Source: Octopus vulgaris (taxonomy: Eukaryota). Taken from it: a stretch of DNA of 64,000 bases. The stretch's first letter is position 1. The number at the start of each line of letters is the position of its first letter. The stretch spans positions 9,982,001 to 10,046,000 of the forward strand of contig OX597825.1 of assembly GCA_951406725.2 (NCBI GenBank). Direction: 5' to 3'. Of this stretch, positions 53,460 to 64,000 are shown in pieces. The translations under genes and the position numbers were made by a program. The notes below the pieces were generated by a model. That model had not been told where the DNA came from, ran no database searches, and saw nothing but the letters and a program-made list of their open reading frames with translations.

Positions 53460-53960
53460 AGGTTCCCTGTTGTGTTTGATGGAGCGGAGTGCCATTTGGT
53501 GAAACTCTACAAGTGATTCCCACACAAAATATTGAACTCAGCAACTTTAAGCAAATGAACCCATCGACTTTACTACTGCTCGCCCTTGTTGTATCTATCC
53601 TGTTGTGGCCTGAACCATTCGATAAAGTGTTGTGTCCGCAGAAACAGTGCAAAGTCTGAGACACGATTGTCCACAGCTGGGCCCTTCGGTTTATTATCAA
53701 CTACCCTATCCATGCTTCCACCCCTGGTAATTTGCGCCTCATAACCATAAGGTCTCCCAGCGGTACTTCTCCAGCCACATGACTTGGAATCTTGCTACAT
53801 GCAAGGTCTGAGACACGATTGTCCACAGCTGGGCCCTTCGGTTTATTATCACCTACCCTATCCATGCTTCCACCCCTGGTAATTTGCGCCTCATAACCAT
53901 AAAGTCTCCCAGCGGTTCTTCTCCAGCCACATGACTTGGAATCTTGCTACATGTACATTA
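53460..53960 (-). pseudogene. Possible L1/Tx1 ORF2 C-terminal remnant with a 152-bp tandem duplication
   Basis: 53648-53799 repeated at 53800-53951 (certain); LWTIVSQTL...FICL and RLYGYEAQITRG only weakly resemble Tx1 C-termini. Confidence 0.35.
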
Positions 53961-54954
53961 TCTTAATACTTTCAATAGAATCATATTTAAAATACAAAAG
54001 AAAACATCGCTCTCCGCCAACTTCCAGCGAACATGTCTTGACCTTTTAATGTTCTTATTCTCATTCTCTTTCATACTCTTTGCAATCGTATCTTCTCAGC
54101 TGTATTGAAGGTGACCCATTTATGAGTAAATTGCTTTTCTACAATAAATCCCATCTAATGCAAGGTGTGCTGGACTCTTAACTCCGGAAAACAACCACGA
54201 GTTTAATGGTGGCTATATCTATATCTGTCTGTCTGTCTACCTATCTGTTTCGTTGCCTATTTATCAGTCAGTCTAAGTTTGTTTTTTGTTTTTTGCTTTT
54301 TTTTTACTTGTATATATTTATTTCTCACATTTAGCAACTCAGGCATAGACTTTTCTCTGCGCATGCGCGCGCAGATGGAAGGGATGGAGGGAGAGAGGGA
54401 GAGAGAGAGAGAGAAAGAGAGAAAGAGAGAGAGAGAGGAAGTGAGAGAGATGAAGTGAGTGGAAGAGAGAGAGGAATAAATAGAGAGGAAGAGAGAGGGG
54501 AAGAGAGAGAGGAAGAGAGAGAGAAAGAGAGAGAAGAGAGAGAGAAGAAGAGAGAGAAAGAGAGAGAAGAGAGAGAAAGAGAGAGAAGAAGAGAGAGAGA
54601 GAAGAGAAAGAAAGAGAGAAAAGGAGAGAGAGAGAGAGGAAGAGAGAGTGGGAGAGAGAGAGAGTAAGAGGGAGAGTGTATGTGTGCACGCATACATACA
54701 TTTTGACACACACTACATACATACATACATACATACACACATACATACATACATACATACATACATACATACATACATACATACATACATACATACATAC
54801 ATACATACATACATACATAGAAAATATCTACGCTGAACTATTGAGAAATTTGCAGTTACTCTATCTATCCAGATTACAAAGGTCAGGTTTATACCTGTAA
54901 TTATTGGGGCACCCATAAGATGTTTAAAATTTACAATATTAATATTTGTTTTTC

Positions 54955-55285
54955 AGTCGTGTTTGTTTGTTTGTCCGTGGGAAAGATAACTCAAGAACCG
55001 CCGGATGAAACTTTCAGGGATCTTTGGGTCTTGTGCCTGGCACAAACTGATTAGATTTTGGGATCGATCCCGTACCGGGCAAGGATTCAGGATTATTCTT
55101 CCTGTTTTTTTTTTGTTTTTTTTACTTAATTTGTGTGATAGGTCGGGTTCACTTTTAGTATTCTCGTTTGTCAGAGCAATCGAGTTTATTTCAGATATTC
55201 TCATTTTAAAAATCATCTCTGGCTATTCGTTGAGAGGACGTCGTTGTTGCCTTGGTGGAGGTTTGCACTCTCTGAGGGTTCTTGC
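54955..55285 (+). mobile_element. Helentron-associated (HINE-like) element; second 3' part at 55870-56060
   Basis: (GTTT)n near the 5' end, CCTTGG(T/C)GG.G. subterminal repeat and 3' hairpin GC.CTCTCTGAGGG in both copies. Confidence 0.5.
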
Positions 55286-56536
55286 TATTATTATAATTAT
55301 TATTGAGTGAGAGAGCAGTGCATGCCATCAAAGTGACACTGGGGTAAAATATACAAAGCCCAGTATATCCGTCTGATAAGGGTACACCAGGCACATGCAT
55401 CACAACCATATGTGCGCGACATGGTGATCTCATATCAAGATAAACAGTGCATGACCTTGCAGGTGGCGCCCAGTTAGAATTTTCTTCTGGTCGAGTAGCC
55501 CATCCCGCTCAAAAGGTCCCTGAATAAGGATTGTTTAAGGATGTTGAACGAACCACCCGTGTTTCCAAAGGTGAATTATCCAAACCTCTAAGAATTCCTT
55601 TCAACACATGGCTATGATGCTCCCCCACTACTTCTGCTCGTGATCAGAGATGCACATATCGTCAGCCACTAAGGGACATGCTCAACTGGTTAAGGTCAAA
55701 CAACTGACAAGCAAATCTGTGGTGTTGAGCAGAATATTTGCTGTAGTCCATCTTTTATACCAAGACAAAACAATGTACATGATAACACTTCCAATCAGTT
55801 AAGATCAGAAGCCATGAGAGCCACTGCCTGGTGAGGAATTCCATTGTAGGTTTCCTATGGGTTAATCACTGGATTATTTTTCCGTTTTTTTTTTTACTTA
55901 ATTTTTGAAAGTGGCTGGATTCATTTTTAGTGTTCTCACTTGTGAGAGCAGATAAGTTTATTTCAGATATTCTCATTTTAAAATTCATCTCAGGCCAATC
56001 GTTGATGAGGACGTTGGTGTTGCCTTGGCGGGGCTTTGCGCTCTCTGAGGGCTCTTGTTTTTCTATGCATTCATTACTATCCGTTTTTAACGCTGTATCT
56101 CATAGCACATTGTTTCATAACTTTGCAACAAGAGTGCATTCTACATCAGAAGCCAAACTGAGAGTGTCTCTCTTGATAACAACCGCAGTATCGTTTGTTC
56201 TAACAGAACATCCACATTTAAGTGGGGGTAAATATTACATCTCACGGTTGATGTTTCCTAAGAGATCTACATTTCTGTGGATACGTGGAAAATAAAGAAA
56301 ATGTGGTATATACGAAACTTAGTTGCTGTTTTTTCTGCTCAACCTTCATTTTCTACAAGTTCAAGGTTTGGCTTAAGCTTTTCAGCCTTGTGAAAGAATT
56401 TAATCATTTTACCTGCTGATGAGTAAATGCCTAGTCTACCTAGACGCCAGAATTGCAAAACGGTTTATAGCCTACTTTTCACAAATGATTTCGAGCTGGT
56501 AATATCACTATTAGATTTCACTAGGCATGTTGTATA

Positions 56537-56582
<46 letters not shown>

Positions 56583-56821
56583 AACTCTGACGCACACACG
56601 TTTGTGTTGTGACACGAGGTGATACTGAAGTATTTTTACATATATTGCCAAGGGGCCTAAAGTGGCCGTACATACCAGTAAGCATAAATATGTATTTATG
56701 CATTTGTATAGCTTTCTCCATATATAATTACTCCGGTGCATATTCATGAGGATATATGTATGTGTGTGTGTGAGAGAACGTGTGTGTGAAAGAGAGGGAT
56801 AGATAAAGAGTGAGTGTGAGC

Positions 56822-56888
<67 letters not shown>

Positions 56889-57128
56889 TGTGTGTGTGTG
56901 TGTGTATGTCTCTGTGTATGTGCGTGTGTGTTTGTGTATGTGTATGTGTGTGTGTGTGTGTATGTGTCTGTGTGCGTGTGTGTGTGTCTGTGTGTCTTAA
57001 TAGGAGAGAACGAGAGAGCCATGCAAATTAAATACTTGATATATAAAATGCCAGAGGTAGAAAACTGAAGCTAATTAATTGGGATGGTGTTCCTGATTTA
57101 CATAAGATGGCTGCGGAACGGTCTTCTT

Positions 57129-57202
<74 letters not shown>

Positions 57203-57800
57203 TGTATGTATGCATGTATTAATCCAGCGAAAGATCCACATCCCAAAGGCATTTCTCTTCTTTCCTGTTGCTCTCCACATTGTCCAAGTCTACTACGAAC
57301 ATGTGGGATTCCCAGACCTCTCTTCCCACCAGTAACCATTGTGTTTGCATCATGCAAACGTGTGAGATCTCAAAGACTAGAGTCTCATACGGATCTTATA
57401 ATCTGATAAGTCTGTCTGTGTGTATCTGTGTGAGTGTGTGTGTGTGTGTAAAGTTCTATCAAAAAATAAAGCATTGAGCATGATTACAGATAAATAAAAT
57501 GAAATTGAAAAAAAAAAGTCAGCATTTCATTTTTAATGTAATGTTCAGGTAACGACTCTAGTAACGTTAATTTGTACATAAAAGCGAACTTCAGACTACG
57601 TCAGTGGATGGACTTTGAATAAATTTGCAAACTCTAATAATAACCAGTCGGCAGTAACTGGATGCAAATGCAATTGCGAGAAAGCTATGCCGAAGAAACG
57701 TGCGTTGGACACATTTAATTCAAATATGCCGAATAATTAACTGAAGAAAAAATATATGCAGATATACTAATCTACATATGTGTGTGTGTATATATATATA

Positions 57801-58044
57801 TTCTTTTACTCTTTTACTTGTTCCAGCCATTTGACTGAGGCCATGCTGGAGCACCGCCTTTAGTCGAGCAAATCGACCCCAGGACTTATTCTTTGTAAAC
57901 CTAGTACTTATTGTATCGGTGTGTTTTGCCGAACCGCTAAGTTACGGGGACGTAAACACACCAGCATCGGTTGTCAAGCGATGTTGGGGGGACAAACACA
58001 GACACACAAACATACACACACACACTCACACATACATATATATA

Positions 58045-58080
<36 letters not shown>

Positions 58081-58232
58081 GAATATACGACGGGCTTCTT
58101 TCAGTTTCCATCTACCAAATCCACTCACAAGGCTTTGGTCGGCTCGAGGCTATAGTAGAAGACACTTGCTCAAGGTGCCACGCAGTGGGACTGAACCCGG
58201 AACCATGTAGTTCGTAAGCAAGCTACTTACCA
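57801..58232 (-). mobile_element. Full-length SINE family B
   Basis: Head GTGTGGTAAGTAGCTTGCT..GGGTTCAGTCCC, ACCTTGAGCAAGTGTCTT block, internal (TA)(GT) microsatellite, (GTAAAAGA)n tail. Confidence 0.88.
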
Positions 58233-58317
58233 CACTCATACTGACACATATACATGCATGTGTGAGTGTGTGTATGTATGTTTACCACATAGACATACAC
58301 ACGCAGAAGGTAGGAGA

Positions 58318-58367
<50 letters not shown>

Positions 58368-59115
58368 GGTGGGGAGAAAGAGACAGATAGACAAACAGAT
58401 AAACACACAGACAGAGACAGAGATCTAATGAAGATGAAAGTTCTTGATTTATAATATTTTATCATATTTTCATCTGGCGCAACTCGCAACTTCAGAACTG
58501 TAATGAGCGACTATTTAAAAAAACAAACAATAAACAAAATCAAAGATGTCGAATGTATTGGTGAAAGTTGGTACTTGAGGAAGAGTGGGAGAGAAAGTAA
58601 CTATGGTAGTAGGTGTTGATTAGAAATAGAAGAGAAATATGCAGAAATATGGTATACAAGAGAATGGAATTATTAACAGCGCAACGGATGGCTCAAGCGT
58701 CCGTTTTATCTTGAACGATCTGTTATATTATTGGAATATTAAAACGGTAAGAGTCTCGTTGCGTTTAATCAGAGAGCGATACGACTGAATCACTTGTATG
58801 AAGCGGGGTTGAGCTGGGATTATAAGTACAGGCATCCACCGCTTTACAGTCACCTCGGTTTACGGGATTTCACGCTTACGGAAATTGTATTCATTTCGGG
58901 ATACGGACTGTAATTTTGTTCTTACAGAAGCACTTATCGCATAGCTTTAAATTAATTGTTACCATTTTATCCTTACGTTTTTTTTACATTTTACTTGAGG
59001 GTGTTTGTGTCCCCATAACTTAGCGGTTCGGCAAAATAGTCCGATAGAATAAGTACCTGGCTTAAATAAAATATGTACTGGGGTCGAGCCATGCTGCATT
59101 CTAATGATTGAAACA

Positions 59116-61330
59116 CTGGTCCAGCATAGTCAATATATATCCTGGACCGTAGGTTCTCAGTCTCCGGCCACGATTGGTATTTTACAAGTAGTGCTTTGGT
59201 TGCCAACGCGCAACCTCTACATGCTTTCACCAGTTTCTCAATGTCCCTGTCTATAGTCGGTCAATATACAAAGATCCTCATTAAATCTTTCATTCTGGTC
59301 ATTCTCGGATGCCTACAGTGGAATTGTTGCAATACTCGTTTCTGTAGTGCACTTGACACTAATACTCTCTGCGCGTACATTAAGACTTCGTCGCATAGTG
59401 AGAAATTATTTGAATTTGTACTTTTACTATGCTTATTTTTCAATGTTTCTTTCATTCTTGTAATGTAACTATCCTCTACGGATTTCATTTTTATATCGTG
59501 CGCTGTCACCAGCAATTCCTGCATTATATTACGCACAATATTTCTCACCTCATTCTCTGACTGTAATGACACTATCACGGTCTCTTCTAGCGGTTCCGTG
59601 CTCTTGGGAATTAACCTCGATAAACAGTCCGCGTGACCAATTTCCTTCGACGGAATATACTGCATCTTAAAACTGTAGTCCAGCAGTATTGTACCCTAGC
59701 GTTGTAGTCGGTTCGCTGTATGGGTGGGCAAACCCTTCTTTGATCCAAAAATTGATAGTAACGGTCGATGGTCAGTTTGTAACAAAAAACTTCTAACATG
59801 TAGAAATTTGTGAGATCTTCTTACCGCAAAAATAATCGATAGATCCGCCTTCTCTATCTGACTAAACTTTTTTGGCTTCATATTTCCATCTTTATACTTG
59901 TGTAGCAAGACTTCTCCTATTCCATACTCCGAAGTATCAGACGCTACAACAATGTCAATTCTAGGATTGTAATGCGCTGGTGACAAGTCAGAAACTAGTA
60001 TTTTCTTTGTCTTCAAATGCGTTTTTGCACTTTACTGACCTATTCCATTTTGGTTGCTTTTTTTTTTTAGTAAATCGTTTAATGGTACTCTCAATTTATG
60101 AATATTTGGAATGTACTGTTGATAGTAATTTTCGAGGCCAAGGAAAGCTTGTAATGTCCTTATTCTCTTCCATGTGTCCATATCTATTATTGAAATATCA
60201 CTTCCTGTATCCAATTTAAGTTTAATATGTATTCCATTTATTTTTACACGTACGAATTTTCTAATTTGGGAGTCGACTTTTGTTTCTGCTGAGAGCACTC
60301 TAGGATTTTTAACGTTTGACCTTCGTAATTTTGTTCTGTAGTGTGAACTCTTGTGACCAATTCTTTTGCAACAGTAACATTTTTCATTTTTAAATGGATA
60401 GTCTTTTCTGAAATGTATGCTCCCACATCCATAACATGGATTAGGATGTGGCGCTCTTTTCTTGGCTGTACTTTTCCGATCGGCATATCTGTATTTTTGA
60501 GGAATTTTTTCTTGAAATTTTTCTACATCGAGTTTCAGGTTTCCCATCCTTTGTCATTCTTCTGCTGTGGACTGTAAGATTAGATCTTGATTCGCGTGTT
60601 CCAGTTTAGAAAGAATTCTTGCCCGAATTTCTGTATCTTCGCTTGCTGTAAGGCCTTGTACGAAAATAAGACACTGAACATCTCAGGTGCAAGTTCTTTG
60701 AGTTTAAAACTTTCACACATCTTGTTGACTGTTCTTGCGTTTGTGATAAAATCCTCATTCTCTTTTTTGGTTGTATTCCAACACTCCATTCTAGTGTTAA
60801 ATAGAGAAGTTTTATCACCGAATATGTTGGACGGTAATTCGATTGTTTCTTTAAAGCAAATTTCATTGGGTTTTGGTGGGGCAATATGAAATTACAGCAA
60901 CGTTCATGCTCTAACGGAGCTAATTTTCGCAATTACAATCTCATTTTTTGTTCGTCCGACCATGATTTGCAATCTTGCTTAGAAATCTCCTCGTAGCTTC
61001 TGTAGTATGATACAAAAGTTATACCCTCCTCTGGGTTATAACTGAATTCATTAATCGTATTCGAAACGTCGTCTGGCGAAAACTAACTTTATTTTTGGAC
61101 TTCTTTGAATATACCTCAAATGATTATCGTTGTTGTAGTTGTTGCTGTAATAGTTGCTTCTGCAACTCTTGTTGCTGTTCTTGTTGCTTTTGCAACTCTA
61201 CCATGGAAGCTAATAGGTCTTCCATTATTTAACAAGTATCACGAACAAATTGTTATATAAAACTACGTGAGCTTCGAAAAACCTTGTCGCCAGATGTTGT
61301 AACGTAATCTGTTACGTACAATAAATAATA
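59116..61330 (-). mobile_element. Decayed Ty3/Gypsy LTR retrotransposon (gag-PR-[RT deleted]-RNase H-IN 5' part)
   Basis: gag ATG 61225 (MEDLLASMVELQKQQ), double Zn knuckle CYGCGSIH..CYCCKRIGH, protease LDTGSDISII, RNase H VVASDTSEYGIG..QTDHRPLLSIFGSKKG, integrase HHCC and IYIDYAGP; many frameshifts; truncated by a SINE B tail at ~59115. Confidence 0.93.
61282..61292 (-). promoter_or_regulatory. Primer-binding site of the Gypsy element
   Basis: TGGCGACAAGG two bases after an LTR-like end ...ACAACA (61295), ~55 bp upstream of the gag ATG. Confidence 0.75.
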
Positions 61331-61560
61331 CACCGTAAATCCTCGAGTATAATCCGCATTTTTCCCCCAAAATTCAAAGGTCAAAGTCCCTAGTGCGTAT
61401 TATACACGAGGTTAAAAATGAAAATTATTTTCTAAGCAATGTCCGAGTCTCTATTTGCGGTCCGGCAATATTTATTCAGACGCTTTTTGTGATGCCGGGC
61501 GCGAAAATACCTTAAGCTAAGCCTGAAAGCAATGAAGTCAATACAATGATCTATTATATA
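61331..61560. mobile_element. pogo/Tigger-like MITE end truncating the Gypsy 5' LTR
   Basis: CACCGTAAATCCTCGAGTATAATCCGCA with internal inverted TGCGTATTATACACGAGG; other end not found. Confidence 0.45.
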
Positions 61561-61677
61561 GATAGGAGTGTATGTGGTTAAGTTCGTATGAATAACCCCG
61601 AAAGGCTCTGAACCGGCTCGTCCTCGAGAAAAACGAATTTGATTTACGAAATATTCGTCCCAAAGAGTTCATCCATA

Positions 61678-61742
<65 letters not shown>

Positions 61743-61762
61743 TAATAATAATAATGGTTTAC

Positions 61763-62080
61763 GGAGGAGTGGCTGTGTGGTAAGTAGCTTGCTTACCAAC
61801 CACATGGTTCCGGATTACCAACCACATGGCACCTTGGACATGTGTCTGCTACTATAGCCTTGGGCCGACCAAAGCCTTGTGAGTGGATTTGGTTGACGGA
61901 AACTGAAAGAAGCCCATCATATATATGTGTGTGTGTGTGTGTGTTTGTGTGTTTGTCCCCACCACCACCAATGTTGATGAGTTTACGTCCCCGTAACTTA
62001 CAAAGAATAAGTCCTGGGGTCGATTTGTTCGACTAAAGGCGGTGCTCCAGTATGGCCACAGTCAAATGGCTGAAACAAAA
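61763..62080 (+). mobile_element. SINE family B (internally deleted)
   Basis: GGAGGAGTGGCTGTGTGGTAAGTAGCTTGCTTACCAACCACATGG head; tail as in 51288. Confidence 0.85.
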
Positions 62081-62431
62081 AAAGAAAAGAAGTATTTGTT
62101 TTTTACTGTAAGGCCTCTCCCATTATTATTGTTGTTGTTGTTGTTGTTGTTGTTGTTATTGTTGTTGTTGTTGTTGTTGTTCTTGTTGTGTGTGTGTCAT
62201 GCAAAAGAGAATTGGACAAAATCGGTCTGCAAGTGGGGAGCGGGGAGTCAAATTTTCAAAAGGTTTTTCTATAGAAAGCTTTCCCCCATCATTTTCAAGG
62301 GTGTGGTGAAAAGAAATTCGAAACATCCACGTCAAAAACGGAGAAAATCCAACGTATGTAGGTGTGCTATTCCGAAAGTCCGCCAAGGCATTCTGTTGTG
62401 AAAATTACCGGGCAACGACGGGATACTCAGC

Positions 62432-62467
<36 letters not shown>

Positions 62468-62709
62468 TGATACAGTTAATTTCTTGTAGCGATTTTAAAG
62501 CAATATAAACTGGGGATCTGAGCGAGATAGTTTGATACTCAGCAGAAGTACTGCCACGGGGGGGGGTTCATGAAGCGGGAAATGTGAATGACAGAGAAAA
62601 AGGGGTCTTCACCCCAAAATATAGAAACACATGATAAAACTGTTTTCTTTTTGTCGTTTACTTTGTACCTTTTCGCATTGTTCCTACCTTACACAACAAC
62701 CTTCTTTAA

Positions 62710-63112
62710 TCTATAATATAAATTGGACATGGGCGATCGTTGTATTCTTTCTTGTCTTGAGGTTCACAGCCAAACGGCAGGGTGGATTCGCATGAAAAAT
62801 GGCACACATTTGGAGACGGATGCATAGATTGGAATGCAGTTTGTATTTTTCCCTAGCCCCTATAGTTACCGAGAAAATGGATTAAAACTTTTTCTAATGG
62901 AATTTCCCTATTTCTTCTGCCATTAAAACAACCAGTTGCTCAGAAGCTTTTTTCTGATGGGTCAGGAAATTTTCATATAGCTGGAGGTTCCAATCTAAAC
63001 AGGGAACCCGAAATGATCAGGTTGACAAACGCTGTTATAGATTATGCCTAACCGAAAACGATCACAGCCAAATCATCGGAACAGACCGGGTAAAACCAGG
63101 CTTAGCTGCTAG
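62710..63112 (+). mobile_element. Non-autonomous Helitron
   Basis: A|TCTATAATATAAA 5' end, subterminal hairpin CCGGGTAAAACCAGG, 3' CTAG|T; a similar 3' end at ~62408-62435. Confidence 0.65.
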
Positions 63113-63139
63113 TATGTATATACGATCCTAAAAATCAGT

Positions 63140-63880
63140 CACCATGAATTTCTGCTCTGGCTCTCTTAGGTCTTGGAGACGAGATATGATACCATTTCTT
63201 CGTGGATTTAGTTTTCGTTATCAAATCATAAAGATATGCCGAAGATTCATCTAGATCGCAAAAAAATTGCCTCTTCATTGGCTTCAAATGCCTCCCACAG
63301 AACAGAGCAGATATTTACACTTTCCCCCTTCAAATTAGATGCCAACCAGGGGCGGACTGAGCCGTCGGTCAATCGCGCACTGCCCGAAGGCCCGGAGCTC
63401 TGAATGGCCCTACTCTAGAGCAGTCTGCAATCTTTAATATCAATGCTAAGAAGCCCGGTAAACAATTATGTCCGAGGGCCCTTAATACTCTCAGTCCGCC
63501 CCTGATGCCAGTTGCCGAGGTAACGAATCTGCACACACTGTCTAATACCCAATGCTTTTCACCATCTTCTGCAAATGCATTGTGACCGCAGTTCCGTTGT
63601 ACAAGGTCAAGGATATTAACTCACTTGCCGGCGTGGCTCAATTTGTCCGCTCGCTGGCAATTTATGTCACTAATTGCAGTTGATGGTCTCCCACGAAGTG
63701 GTTTGTCTTCGATGCTGGTTTTTCATTCTTTAAATATCTTCGTCCATCTGCACACATTGCTCTTGCCAATGGCATCGTCATTATGAACGAACCTGTAACC
63801 TTTTGTTGGTTTCGGACAGTCTGGAACCGCTCCATTGACAAGAACTCAATGACAGTACGCTACTCCGACTTGGAACTCAT
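63140..63880 (-). pseudogene. Decayed mariner transposase (5' half)
   Basis: MSSKSE*RTVIEFL..DDAIGKSNVCRWTKIFKE*KTSIEDKPLRGRPSTA..KWYHISSPRPKRAR. Confidence 0.8.
63347..63504. mobile_element. hAT-like MITE inserted in the mariner remnant
   Basis: Perfect 15-bp TIR CAGGGGCGGACTGAG; flanks ATGCCAAC/ATGCCAGT (6/8). Confidence 0.8.
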
Positions 63881-64000
63881 TAATTGGTAGCAATAAATAA
63901 GAACAAGAAGAGTTGTTATCCACATAGGAATTGTTCTATCAACATACGGTAACTGAAGGACCAATGCTTAAGGCGGCGAGCTGGCAGAAACGTTAGCACG

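Overview
Gene-poor, AT-rich eukaryotic DNA, most likely an octopus/cephalopod genome (inferred from the SINE complement and extreme microsatellite load). Almost all ORFs in the track are microsatellite or low-complexity artefacts, and I found no confident host protein-coding gene. The window is a mosaic of three tRNA-derived SINE families (>40 copies or fragments), a Dong/R4 non-LTR 3' end in (TAA)n, several decayed mariner transposases, hAT/Mutator-like MITEs, Helitron/Helentron-like elements, a Ty3/Gypsy element missing its whole RT core, and a Penelope-like (PLE) ORF remnant. The most notable signal is a set of at least seven type I hammerhead-ribozyme (HHR) motifs in short non-coding elements, most sitting in or next to (TA)n tracts, and three folded back by 100-160 bp inverted arms. 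One family has a ~352-nt monomer (partial tandem copy with an 11-bp TSD at 3411-4032; second copy at 36010-36519) whose HHR shows compensatory stem changes and conserved non-canonical junction pairs. It is a candidate cephalopod retrozyme/PLE-derived circular-RNA system. All structures were read by eye; no database or folding software was used.
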